Part shown: positions 37,501 to 50,314 of the stretch, one piece after another
Layout of the letters: each line of letters opens with the position of its first letter
Numbering within the stretch: the first letter of the stretch is position 1
Assembly (NCBI GenBank): GCA_012026655.1
Contig: JAAILG010000013.1
Location: 1 to 64,000 of the forward strand
Length of the DNA: 64,000 bases
Origin: Hydrolagus affinis
Taxonomy: Eukaryota
Reading direction: 5' to 3'
Notes under the pieces: generated by a model
Database searches by the model: none
Told to the model about the DNA's origin: nothing
The model's input: only the letters and a program-made list of their open reading frames with translations
Translations under genes and position numbers: made by a program

Positions 37501-38578
37501 GAGATGTGTGTCTGTGTAGACGTTTGTGTATTTTTTGGCACAAAAGTCTGCTTAAACCACAGAGAGCCCCTTAATTGTGACGTGTGCCTTACAAAGAACC
37601 CAATCTCTTTCAGAAGAAAATGTACTCAATTTGCAGAGTTTTTTTTTAAAATCTCGGGTTCGTAATATCTACACTACTGACCTTCTGTGACCCTTGACTT
37701 TGGTTTTCGCTCCCTCTCCCCCCCCACCCCTCAGAGACGACTGAGCCATATGTACATGTTCTGGAAAATATTTTATAGTTGCACTTTTACAGCATATTTT
37801 TGAAATTGTTGACTCATTTGATGCAGGGGTTTAAAATTTGCTTATTTTCCCGCCGATCCCAAAATTGTTGTTTGGAGGGAGGGGTGGGAGGTTGAGTGCT
37901 GAATTTCACAAACTTCTACTTCCATTTTGGAGACTTCATTTATGCTACCTTTCATTGGAGATTCTCATTCATGGCGTTTTTTTTAAATAAAAAAATTCCA
38001 CAGTATTAAAATATTAGGAATTGAAAGTTTTTTTTCGCGTTGTAGTGGGGCGCACTGTAGCAAACATCTTATTTAATTCAGTTTTCTTGTATTTATTGTA
38101 TATATATATATTTTTCATTTCTTCTCCCCAACTAAAATTGGAGTTCAAAACGAACATTTCTAGCTGATTTCTCTAACTTATGATGTGCAGATCCATCCCA
38201 TTCTGGAATACATACACCGTGATCTGCGTCTCTGGTTCTCTTGAAAGTTTTTTTATAGAACATTTCCACAAAGAATATTGGTACAGTTTTTTGCTTGTCT
38301 ATAAGATTCACGTTTTACTACAACTTCACTCCTTTTGTGTGAGCCGCTTCTAATACTACACGTTTAAGCAAGCTTGCTGCTATGTTATTACCATATTACT
38401 ATATTCCTTTCAACGTTTGCCAGTAAAACGAGTGCACTGCAGCATTCAGGTGCTCACAAGTTTCTTCTAAGCGGTTTCATAGACTATTCGAAATTCACTC
38501 TGTCATGCCATTCCTCCCGCCCCCACCCCCATCATCCTGTGTACATATTTGCAATGAATCTTTTTGATATTGTATAAG

Positions 38579-38622
38579 AATAAACATTTTGAGCAAAGTT
38601 ATATTTTTGTGTGTGTGTGTGT
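38579..38622 (+). promoter_or_regulatory. Likely znf217 poly(A) signal with GU-rich downstream element
   Basis: AATAAA at 38579-38584, preceded by TGTA motifs and followed by a T-run and (TG)n at about 38604-38622. It ends an AT-rich, repeat-poor UTR-like block. Confidence 0.6.
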
Positions 38623-39049
38623 GAGATGGTTGAATGTGGAAAGTTATCAACTAGCGGGACTAATATCTTCAACACCGATTGACAATAACAGACTTTTTCT
38701 CTTTTCGAAGGAAACGACAGAAACAGTGAGATTTTAAAAATATGCTAGTACCTAACCTCTTATCTATTGTCGTGCTTAAATGGCAATTTTTCATGACCAA
38801 TAATTGATTATTGAAAACAATAAAAACAATTAAAATTGCCTTTGCTTTAACTTGGGAAGAAAAGTCAAGACTACTTTTCTTCGAGATTCTACTTGTCTGC
38901 TCGTCATCTGCTGGGCTGATGGTGGAGGAAAAGGTTTATTGAATGTTCAAGGGAATATTTCCTTGTTCCAGGATTTCTCAGATTTATCATCGATCTGGGA
39001 TCATCAATCAACAATGTCAGATTTGAAGGCAAATTAATTTGAGACAATG

Positions 39050-39240
39050 GGGTGGGACTTTGACCTAATTGTCTGGCTGGGGAGTGTGCTGAATTGTCGA
39101 GGGGAGCTGTCCTGTGAATGAGACATTAAACTGAGTTCCTGTCTGCCTGGACAGGTGGACATAAAAAGATCCCATAGCACTATTTGAAAAGATGGGCAAG
39201 TATTAGTAACCTCCATTAATATATATTTACATTTTGCCAA
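39050..39240 (+). mobile_element. Old Deu-domain SINE relic (SacSINE1/AmnSINE1-like)
   Basis: ATGAGACATTAAACTGAG..CCTGTCTGCC..CAGGTGGACATAAAAGATCCCATAGCACTATTTGAA matches the Deu core as I recall it; needs a RepeatMasker check. Confidence 0.75.
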
Positions 39241-39344
39241 TGAATGTTGATTACTCAGAATATTAATCCTGTAAAGAGAGGAATTCTGTAAACAGAAGTA
39301 GCTGGAGGTTGGAGCTCACTTTTAATACATGGTTTTGAGTATAT

Positions 39345-39595
39345 GAGTCCTTCAGCTCTATGTTGAGAGCATTCCCTTCACAACCGAGAGTTCTGGGTTC
39401 GATTCCCGTCAGGACGAAAACTTGGGCAAATTTCCTCACTCCACGTGCCTGATAATAATCCCTCAAGAAAAATAATATTCATAATTTGGTCACGCAATCC
39501 ACGACTGCGCAGTTTGGCTGCCATGTTTCACCCACAAATATACAGATGATTCACTTTACAGTATGTTCTGTGCAGCGCTTTGAGACGTCTAGAAA
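39345..39595 (+). mobile_element. tRNA-derived SINE family A
   Basis: B box GGTTCGATTCC at 39396-39406; collinear with 43762-44056, with an internal deletion. Confidence 0.88.
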
Positions 39596-41649
39596 ATGTT
39601 AATACATTTAAATTCTGCTGAATTTTCCATTCCGTCTGTGTCCAAAATCTAAACCAGCTTTTCACCAAGTAACGACCAATTGACGTGGGAAGTCACTCAT
39701 ATTACTTACACAGCTTCTAGTGGCTGCTACTGGATACTGAATTACCATGGCTGAGAAGGTCTCCTTTGTTGCCCATGGGATGAAGGGCGTTTGAACAGAG
39801 GCTATGAGTTATACTGTACAGTGTTAACAAGTTTATTTTATCTTTTTAAAAATAAAATCAATACTACACTAGTCCTTTAGTGATTTGAGATAAATATTTA
39901 ATGAAGGCTGGTCACATTCCCTCCCAAGCCTTAACCCCCTCACCCCCCCCTCCTAAAAAATTGTCATTTGAGGGAGCAACATTGACTGGAATGAAGTTTC
40001 TTAATGTGCACTAGAGGTCACTGTTGTAACACTGCATTGATTTCAGTACTTGCTGCTGTAGCCAGTTTCAGGCTTGTTTGCCCTTCGTACAATTACATTG
40101 CCTACATGAACCACTTGCTCTGAAAGTAAAAGCCTTGATTGAAATAGTTTTCGGTTCCATACCACCATGTGTAATTTTGAGGAGGAAGAGGTAGTTTATT
40201 TTGTGGATATTGAGAGGGTAATTGCTGCTTTTACATAGCTTGAGTTCATAGAGAATGGTGAACAGTCACGAACAGACTTTTCAACAGGTCATATTTAATA
40301 GTTGTGTAAAGACACTTTAATGAGTTGCATCTCTGCATAACCCGAGGGGCTGAATAATGAGCAACATATTGGTAAGCCTTTTAAGTCTGGCTCACAGTCT
40401 CCAAGGGTTCCAGTCATTGCAACCCATTTATATACTTGGGAGAGAGTGAACGAGACAGCGAATGAGATCTCTGAGAGAAGAAATCCTTTACAACCAATGT
40501 TGATTTATTTTGTTGCATTGCTCGGTGTGCAGCGGGTGGAGCGGATTTAAGTGAGCCCAATTTAATATGGACTGAATGTGGAACCAAAGGCCTGGCTCTG
40601 ATTTTAATCTACTTTCATTCAGCATTAAAGTCATGCAAAATGCAATCAAGTGAGTCCAATTTACATATTCCCAAATGCAGTCGTTACAGTGATGCAGACA
40701 CAGTCGCAGCGCTCTGCTGAGAGGCATCACCATTCTAATAAATCTGTAGTCAGTAGGTCAAAGTATGGAGGAAAACAAACTTAATGCCCACCATTAAGAG
40801 ATCAAAATGCTGCTGTCCGACCTTGGCTGCATTTTTGTTCGTTAAAACTCTGGTTATCACGTAAGCCTTTTAATTTGCTTTCTCTGATAATTTAGGGCAG
40901 TTCTGGTAGAATCACTGCAATTTTTTTTGTTGTTGCAGGAAATCAGCCAAAGGCAATGCAAATATTAGCTCCATAAAATAAACTCTTTGAACCCTGGCTT
41001 TTCCGAAGCATGTTCCCTTCGACCGTCTCCCTCTCCCCACCCGCTCCCCTCCACCCCCCCCACCCCCCCCCTTTGTTGGTTAACTTGCCATAATTGCTAA
41101 TTACCATCTCTTGATCCACTCAGTCACTGAGAATGGTAGGGATGGGGCTGTGAGGGGGTGGGGGGTGTTTGGTCTCATTTGAGAAGTGTCCTTTTTTTTT
41201 GTTAACTAGCTTAATAACAGAGGAGCTGGTGAGATGAATTATTTAATTTTAAAATGAGATGGTCCAGTGCACTGATGTCTATCTCTATGAGCTCTCATTT
41301 CCCCTCTTGTTCTCTCCTGTGATGTGACAGAGCTTTTTTTTTTCGCCACCGCAAGACAGACCCATCAAAATGCTTAATCAGACTGAGAATTCCACGTGTG
41401 TTTGGCCCTCACACGTGGGAATTTGCCTTTGTCTGGAATGGGATCCACACCCTGTCTACCTAATTCCAGAGAGTATTAGCTGCAGGTTGATGAGAGCCAA
41501 GGCTTGGGGATCCCCGAGTGTGCGTTGGGAGTTTAAGTAAAACTAAATAGTTTACATTAAGAGAAATGTCTGGCAAGATTCCTGCTGTTTTCTGCTTCTC
41601 TGACTTGGACCACTCTAGCCATGAAGGTTTTCGTTGGCTTGCATAGTTA

Positions 41650-41990
41650 ACAACAACAGCGAATTACATTTGTATAGCGCCTTTCACGTGAGGCAGATGT
41701 CCCAAAGCGCTGGACAGTCAGGGATCCGCACCCGAACTAGTGGTTGGGATCGGGAGGGAAGGAGGGTGGGGATGATAGAGGTGGGAAGGTGACCGAAGGC
41801 ACGGTCGAAGTGGAGGGACTTGAGATGTGTCTTGAAAGAGGCAAGGGAAGGGGCGGAGAGACTGTGCGATGGAGTTTCAGAGGCTGGAGGCAGAGAGGCT
41901 GAAGGCCCACCTACCAATGGTGGGGCAAGCACGGCGGGGGCTTGGGAAGAATCTCTGCTCCAGTGACTGTTCTGCCGCTCCCATGATCTG
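41650..41990 (-). mobile_element. L2-clade LINE 3' end (frameshifted ORF2 C-terminus, 3' UTR, TTG tail)
   Basis: Minus-strand frames give IGRWAFSLSASSL and SLSAPSLASFKTHLKSLHFDRAFGHLP, typical of the L2 ORF2 end (G.RAFS..AP.LWN.LP..SL..FK..LKT.LF..AF). Ends in a stem-loop and (TTG)n. Confidence 0.85.
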
Positions 41991-42719
41991 CCGATGAGCC
42001 AGGCTGGCTGGTAAGACATCAGCAATGTCCTGCAACCCCACTGGGCTCAGGAATCGAACCATTGAGATCACCACACAGCAATGTGGTTGATCTGTTTTTC
42101 TTAATGTATTAAGACGTTGACAAATTTTGGTATCTTGGTCGAACTGTGCATTTAAACCTAATGTATGGTAACTCCTCACTGTTCCACTAAATCTCCACGT
42201 AACAGAGATTGGTGAATCTGTCTTTGGAAGCAAGTCAGGAGACCCTTTTTCCCTGACACATGGAGGCTGCTTTTACAAATCTGTTTGGTACAAAATGTAT
42301 TGGGCGTGGTATGGCAGCAGGATCTTTGTCTCTGCTGAGTTTAGTATCTGTGGATGCCAAGGGGAGAGAATATAAACAAGACACTCATCCAAACTACATA
42401 CAAAATAAAAAGTTGGACGTAAAAGTTGTCTCTACTAAAATATTTTCGATAACATAAATGCCATTTTTTTTTAACAGTCTCAGATTAACTAGATGGGAAC
42501 GTCCTGGGGGTGGATTGGCAGTTGAGCAGTTCAACCTCGAAGACCTTGAACTGTGTTTGGTTTGAAAGCTTTCAGAAATGCAGACTCATCTAAACATAAC
42601 ATCTGATGAAAAATAGCTATCCGTTCAGCTCCTCCCAGTCTGGTGGGGTGGGTAAAAGGCATTGCCCGACGCAGACAAGCAGACAAGCAGACAAATTCAA
42701 ATCCTGACCCTTAGAAGCC

Positions 42720-43016
42720 ATGAAAAGTGCTATATCAAGTACAAAGATTATTATTATTATTATTATGGCTCATCTCAGCCAGTCTTGGCAGCAATATATA
42801 ATCATTGCATTTGATATAGAACTTTACACTTCTTCTAGATGTCTCAAAAGTGCTTCACTGAATATACTGTAAAGTGAATTCACTGTATATTTGTGGGTGA
42901 ATTGCAGCATCCAATTGTGCACAGCGGTGTCCCACAAACAGTCGTGGATTTAAGTGACTCATTTAATCTTTTTTTTTCTTGAGTGATTATTATCAAGCGT
43001 GTGGAGTAAGAAAACT
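42720..43016 (-). mobile_element. SINE family A (-) running into a gap, preceded by a + strand tail
   Basis: TGCATTTGATATAG..AATATACTGTAAAGTGAATT..CAGTCGTGGATT..GTGGAGTAAG; + tail at 42720-42765. Confidence 0.85.
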
Positions 43017-43116
43017 NNNNNNNNNNNNNNNNNNNNNNNNNNNNNNNNNNNNNNNNNNNNNNNNNNNNNNNNNNNNNNNNNNNNNNNNNNNNNNNNNNNN
43101 NNNNNNNNNNNNNNNN
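43017..43116. other. Assembly gap (100 N)
   Basis: N-run starting inside a SINE. Confidence 1.
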
Positions 43117-43761
43117 CCCCCCACAATGATCTTTCTTAGCCAGGTTTCAAAAATGGAATCATCCTCCTTGCCTTCTTGGTTTGGATATTCTTATGGGTTT
43201 CCACATTTATCAAACACCTGGCTGACCTCCCCACAAAATTCCATGTACTGTATCTTAATATATAACAGTAAAAACATTCCAAGGCCAGTTACTCCTCTCT
43301 CTCCCCTCTTGCTGAGGCATCCAAATACTGTATTAATTATCTGTAAATTCCCTAAATTTGGAAGCAATGCACTTATAAATATCAGGCAAATCCAATACGT
43401 ACGCACAAATTTACCACCCGGTGGGAAAATCCTATAATCCCTCTTCCCAAGGTTGGTAAGTTTTATTGACAAACGATTCTCCTGTTTTGGTCAGAAAGCT
43501 CACTCCAGTATAAACTAAGCTGGAGTCTGCCTGAGTCTTGTAAATTCTTATAAAATGTAAATAAAAATGTTGTTTAGTCGTTAGTTTATGAATAATGTTA
43601 GTTTACAAATACAGAGCAAGGAACTTCTCATGCCACTAAAAATATAGCAACTTCGACGATTTCTAAATGTCATTGAGCAGCCAGTAGTCACAATTCTACT
43701 GCATTGAAAGGCATTTCTCTGCAAAGTATGTTGATGCCTAATACCACATATCACAGGTCGT

Positions 43762-44056
43762 GGAGTCCTATAGCTCAGTGGTTAGAGCACTCGCTTCATA
43801 AATGAGAGACTTGATCGATTCCCAGCAGGGCGAAACGTTGGGCAAGTTTGCTTACTCCACACACCTCTGTTTACCTAGCAGTAAGTAAGAACCAGGTTGT
43901 TGCTTTTCCAGGGAAAAAATCCTTAAAAAGAAATGTGGTCACTCAATCCACAACTGTTTGTAGGACACTGCTGTGTGCAATTGGCTGCCGCGTTTCACCC
44001 ACAAATACCCAGTCAATTCACTTTACAGTATATTCTGTGAAGCGCTTTGAGACGTA
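43762..44056 (+). mobile_element. Near full-length tRNA-derived SINE (family A)
   Basis: Head GGAGTCCTATAGCTCAGTGGTTAGAGCAC (A box), degenerate B box GATCGATTCCC, body, and 3' part CAGTCAATTCACTTTACAGTATATTCTGTGAAGCGCTTTGAGACGT shared with many copies in the window. Confidence 0.9.
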
Positions 44057-45599
44057 AAGTATTATTTTAAAAAAAAATCTCTCTCCCCACCCTCTATAGA
44101 AACATGTTTATTTCTAGTTCTCGACTCGAAATTCAAGTTCCAAGTTCATCATTGAAAGAAAAACACAGGCTGTCAATGTTCTGCAGGTCAACATGTGTGA
44201 TGCCGTACACTACCAAATGATGGCACTCCTGAGTTTCAAGTGTGCTGCTTAATTGGGAATCAGCCAAATCAAAGGAATCCCATTACAAGTAATGATATGA
44301 TTTGACCATAATGCACCATACCTCTTACTTAACTAAAGTGCAAGCTGTTATGGTTGAGAAAGACATCAAACTGAGTGCACAATCTGAAGCACAGAACTGG
44401 AGCTGGGACCCAGCATCGATAGGATGTGTCCTAAAAACAGATTAAATCAGTCAATCAGCTTCAAACTGTGCTATGTAAAGTGTAGCTGCATTCTATAAAC
44501 TGTTTGGCATTGGTACTCAGAATGTGCATTCAAAGATCTACCAATTTGCACATCTCCATATCACTCTCAGCTGACACACTGTAAAACTGCACGGTACCTA
44601 AGCTGGTTAGAAGCTGTTGTTAGTAACTTTCTTCTTTCAAAGGACATGGCTATGTGTCCTTTAAATACTTCCCTTCACAACTACATTCAGTATTCTTCTG
44701 CCCTTTAGGCATGACACAATTTATACTTCTATGCTTTCCAAAAAAAAGTATATTTATTGTGCCTTTAGGCAAGATCTCTTAATGTGACTGTCTAAAATGT
44801 AGTCACATGTGGTAAAATATTTTCACTGCTGTCCCCAAACTCGCTTTCAAAGACAGTCTTTAATAAATAGCGTAAAGGAATGCTAATGCCTAAATTTTGA
44901 TAGATTAACACTGTGGAGTTCTACATCGACATTTTTCACATAACTTAAGAGTGTATTTGTTTCAGTTTATAAGAACACTTTGTGTTTTAAGTTTAACCCT
45001 CCCTTTGAAGCACGCTATTTAAAAATACTGTAATTATGTTTAATTATACTTAAAATCAGCTTGCAATTGGGCATGTTAGTTATGGTGCAGCGTTGGACTT
45101 ATGTTAGCAAATGTCACATAGATCACGGGCGCTAATGCATTTTGCCCACAGCGCTGTGCAGTGCGAGTTATCTGCATTTTTAAAGCGCATTGACCCTTGT
45201 TACACAGTTTCAGCGCATCTTCAGATGGGTGTTCCTGAGAGGAGCAGCAAGGGTGGTTTATGTCATTTCCGAGTAGTGAAAAGCCTGGATGTTGGGAGAC
45301 AAGTTTCAAGGAAAGGAGAAGTGAATAAAGCCAGAAAATGGCCAGAAAATGTTCAACTGCTAAACAGCGTTTCGAAAATCCTACAGTAACAGAAAGAGGC
45401 CATATGGCCCATCGTTGATTTGGGGTCAAATGGTAGTATATATACACAAACGAACCTAGTTATAACAGAGGACAGTAAAATCCCAACCTTAGAACAGCCA
45501 TGCTCATATCTTGACAGTCATGTCAATGTTACTGCTCACGAGTGCAGAAAAAAGGCAACGTCACTCCCTTCCCCCAAATAGCTGTCCTCCAGAGGTTAT

Positions 45600-46045
45600 C
45601 ATAATAATAATCCTTGCATTTGATATGGCACTTTTCACATCTTATCGACGTCTCAAAGCGCTTCACAGAATAGCCTGTAAAGTAAATTGACTGTATATTT
45701 GTAGGCGAAAGGCAGCAGCCAATTGCACACATCAGGCCATCGATCATTACATCACTTCCACATGCAGCGACCCGATGACCTGTAAGTTGATCATTTTTGA
45801 GTGCGTAAGGAGCCAACTAGGAAACCACCCTCAGGGCACCCAGCTTATAATAGAACCTACTTTAGAACAGAGTGCCATAATGCTCTACTACTGTATAATT
45901 ATGAATAATAATTATTAGTAATACATTTCTGTATTAAGAATAATCCTGGCACTTGATATAGCGCCTTATCATGTTTTCGAGACAACTCAAAGTGCTTCAC
46001 AGAACATACTGGAAAGTTAATTGACTATATTTTGTGAGCATCACG
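45600..46045 (-). mobile_element. Two SINE family A 3' fragments (about 45600-45732 and 45935-46045)
   Basis: Both begin ATAATCCT(T/G)GCA(T/C)TTGATAT and contain CTCAAAG(C/T)GCTTCACAGAA. Confidence 0.85.
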
Positions 46046-46659
46046 GCGTGAAACATGACTGTTTTGGGCAGAAAACTAGGAATTTTGAACTCGGTATTTT
46101 CAGGGGTCATAATATTGACAGTTCTGTATATCTGATTCTTTTCGAGAGGAAAATACTATATTTAAATCCCATTTGCGCTGAATAGTGATTCAGTGCTATC
46201 TTTAAGTGTTTAGAAGTTCACTGTGAAAGACAGAGCCTTTTTTTTGTAACTATAAAATGTTTGAAGAGACATCAACATAAGTGTACACAGCAATAAATTT
46301 AATAGCATCAGAAATTCTGTAACTCTTCTCCTTAAGGGAATTGGAGTAGCTTTGCTGTTTATACTGGCACTGATCTTCTTCCTATACTAAATCATAAACC
46401 TTTCTCTCTGCAGGAAGCTCACGTGCAGCATATGAAATTCTCATCAGCATTACCGTAGTGCTTAAAGTGTTAATCTGTTTTTTTTTTGGTCAGGTATAAA
46501 TAAATCAATTTAAAACGCCAGCGCGAGAAATGTGCAATACACTGAGTTCAGCAGCGTTTATACTAAAAAAATAAATTCCTGTGTGTTGGATTGGGAGGTG
46601 AGGCTTCACTGGAGAAAAAGGCAATCTGGCTTTGTGGGTTGATTTTTACTGTAAAGTGC

Positions 46660-47122
46660 ACTGGTTGGGTAATGGTTGTGCAACAGCCAGTTTGTGTGCA
46701 ACAATGCCCCACAAACAGCCATGAAGCGAGTGACTTACATTTATGTGGTAGATTGTTGGCCAGGACACCAGGTGAATCTCCCTTCCCCTTTAGAATAGTG
46801 GGATCTTTTAACTTCCACTTGAGCAGGCAGGGCCTCGGTTTAAGGTCTCACCCTAAGGACAGCGTCTCTGATAATGCGTTGCATCTCAAGCACTGCACTA
46901 GGAGTGTCAGCTTGAGACTGTAAATTCAACTTTGACTGTAAATTCAAAGTTCCTACAACAACAATAAAATTACGTTCATAAAAGTGCCATTCGTGACGTA
47001 AGGAATGTCCCAAGGCGCTGGACAGTCAATGTTTCAAACCTGAGTTGAGGATCGGAATCGGGGATGATATTGCGGCTTGAACCCACGAGGAGAGAGTGCT
47101 ACCAACTGAGCCAAGTTGACAC
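46660..47122 (-). mobile_element. Deu-domain SINE relic interrupted by an L2 tail (about 46955-47040)
   Basis: Reverse strand reads GAGACCTTAAACCGAGGCCC..AAAAGATCCCAC..GGTGTCCTGGCCAACAA. tRNA-like head (+ strand GAGTGCTACCAACTGAGCC) near 47095-47112. Confidence 0.75.
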
Positions 47123-50100
47123 CCAATTGAAGATGAAAGGAATCCAGGCTTTGCCTTGTTCTGTGTGAGCAGTCGTGACATTTGGAGTTCAAAGTGGCCA
47201 CGGTATACACGTGTTGTCTAAGTGACCCACTGCAGTGAGGGAGTCATGTGAATGTGAACCACAGACTCCTGAAGGACATACAGTATTGAGAACGCAGTGT
47301 GAAACGTAGCCAAAGTTTGGATGCCGAATATCGCCAAAGCATTCAATAAAACACAATAAGAGGAACTTCTTCAAATGTCCTTACTGAGTTTATTTAGCCT
47401 GATGTAGAAAGATCAGAAACAGTATCATTTTCATAAAGCATAAAAAGAGCACTTTTTTTAGTTCAGAGTTGTGCTTGGAAAAAATCTAAATATATATATT
47501 TTTAATCATATAAATAGTTCTCTTTAATAAGTGCATCAGTTTTTTTTCTTTGTACATGTCCACTCTGTTCTGTATTATAGGTCATATAAGCCTTTTTATC
47601 AGCTTATGTCTTAGTGAATCAACAGTACAGTTCCAACTTAAATTAAATACGGACAATACAGGAACTGCTGTATTAAACTAAAAGGCAGTCTCTTGCAAAA
47701 AAATGTTATACATCAGTAACATCCAGATAATGATGAGGCCATAACCTCAAAGAGTTGCACTATTTCAGTGGCTAACCGCTTCCATTTCAGTTTAAGCCTG
47801 TAGTCTCGGACAATATTTTTCAAGGTCAGCAAATACAGTAGTTTCTCAGACTTTATTCAAGAAACACAATGGGTTTGGTGGAAATGCAAAGAAAATTTTG
47901 GTTTTTGGAAGTCAGTGCATAAATACGACTGGCATTTCGCTCTTGATTTTAAATGGTGCTTTTGCTGCTTATAATGACAGCATTTCTTTATATTTCACCA
48001 TTTACCCAATAAATATCAGATCAAAGCCTGAGGAACCTTAATCTGTGGTCTCAGTGCATTCCGAACACTCACAATGATACCATACTGAGGCATATTAATG
48101 GATCTTACACTGAAATGGTAATGGTACACTTGGTGATATTTTTAATGTGTTTGCATAATTGTATTGCAAAGAGGGGACACCTTAAACTATGCCTCAGTAC
48201 AGCAAAGTTCAATTCAAAAAGTCCCCACGGTGCAAATGCAAACTGGTTAAGAGGCTGGAAACACGGAGGCAGAACAGAAATGAGCAGGTAAACATAGATC
48301 CCAAACAAACACATTTTTAATAGACAGAACGCCATGAATCCATAATTGTTAAAACCCAGTAGTTCAGGTTGAGCATTTTACATGTGTATATACAATGCTT
48401 CATGACATTGTATATAAAAAGTAGTGAGGTGTCTTCTAATGTCTAAAATGTATTCTTGAACAATGTGATTTATTTTCCCTTTTTATATCCCCTTTGCAAT
48501 TATTTCCCGAATCCCACCAACCCCAACCCCCTTACTCTCCCGTCCCAGCCTCTGAGCTTCAATGGGAATGTACAATTAGATTTTTTTTAAAAAGTAAGAA
48601 TACTTATATACAACATGCAGTCGAGTTACAAAATATCTGAATAAGTATTAGCAGGCTATACACAGACTTAAGCAAATTATAGTGAATACAGTATATGATG
48701 CAACCAGAGGATGGATGTCTCCAGTTCTGTGCTACAGTATTTTGTTAACTGGGGAGCAAGGTTCTGAAAGTTCATTACCCCATTGTGTTGTTTGTGTGAA
48801 AGGCTAATAGCAAGCTACACAATCCCGGTTGTCCTGAGGAGACGTTTAAAGTTGTGTAATTGTTTGCTAATTTTTACGAGACCTGACTTTCAAAAAAAAA
48901 TTAGGTTAAGAGTTTTAGTTTTCTCTCTGAACTGCATCTGACTCTTGTTTTTGATTTACGCTAAAAAAAACGCAAAGACAAGTTTCAAGTTGCATACAGA
49001 GAAAATAAAAAAAAGTCCACCGGATGGATTTCTGCTGTCCTGCAGGTATTCATTTTCAAACCTGTGAATGAGTTCATGCTGGTGTTATGTGGCGTTTACA
49101 TTACTGCTGAAACAATCTCTGTACCCGGGGACAAGGCCAACAGCAGGTATGAGACACGACTGAAAAATGGGGCTGCTTGAGCATTAGCAGAGGCTGCTCG
49201 TTCTTCAAAAAAAAATATTCCTTGCAACACTGTAGGAATGTTCCCTACTGCTGTTTTCCCCTCTCCCTCCTCTTGCCCTTTTTGTTTTAGCCAGTTGTTT
49301 CAACTGCCCACAAACGCCCACAAAATGTACAGTCGATTCGCTTTATAGTCGATTCCATGAAGCGCTTTGAGGAATCTTGAAGACATGATAAGGCGCTATA
49401 CCATTCAGGACGCCTCAAATATTATTGTCATTATTGTTTGCTGACGTTTTTTTGTTTTGCAGTGTTTTTTTGTTTTTGGATAACTACTGTATGTACTAGC
49501 AAGTAAACAGTACTAAAAGAATTAGCAGCAATTTTGTTAGTAGCTAAAATCAATTTTGAACAGTGCAGATAGGACAGTTGTTGGCTAGGTTCCAAATATC
49601 AGTGCTTAGACCAGACCTTGTAGGAAATTCCTTTGTAATATATTATAATAGCTCTCCCTGTGCCTGTTTCTAGCTATTTTAATTATACTGAAACTATACC
49701 CTATTCCTTATCCTTCATCATGTTAAGTTTAACAATTAGAATCAAAGTATAATTAAATAATGGAACATGGATATCATGTTTTCATAATCTCCGATCCAAT
49801 TTTAGGCAATTAGCATTTATTTTTGCATGGTTTATTTTTCGAATGCAAGCTTTCTGTGATTCGGTGGACAACTTACAGCTGTCTGGCTCGGCAGACAAAG
49901 GTTTTTTTTTAACTGTTCAGTCTACAGTGCATCCCTCATAGCATCTGGGTTTTATACGTCGGCTGTTAATGCACTATTGTGGGGAATCGGGGCACGGTGT
50001 AACTGGGTACTTTACCAACATTTTTGCATTCACCATCAGACTCCAGACTAGGTCTGAATTTTAAACACTATCTCAGTCTGGTACACTGAAATCAACAGGA

Positions 50101-50214
50101 TTTTGGGAGAGGGGAAGCAGATTGCAGAATTCAATTACGAAATGAGCATTAACCTTAATGATAATAATAATAATAATAATTTGATATAGCATCTTATCAC
50201 ATCTTCGAGACGTT

Positions 50215-50314
50215 NNNNNNNNNNNNNNNNNNNNNNNNNNNNNNNNNNNNNNNNNNNNNNNNNNNNNNNNNNNNNNNNNNNNNNNNNNNNNNNNNNNNNN
50301 NNNNNNNNNNNNNN
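50215..50314. other. Assembly gap (100 N)
   Basis: N-run starting inside a SINE tail (50160-50214). Confidence 1.

Noticed and set aside
43762-43835. tRNA gene
   Set aside because: A/B boxes continue directly into a SINE body; no complete cloverleaf. The same applies at 39345, 58490 and 19850.
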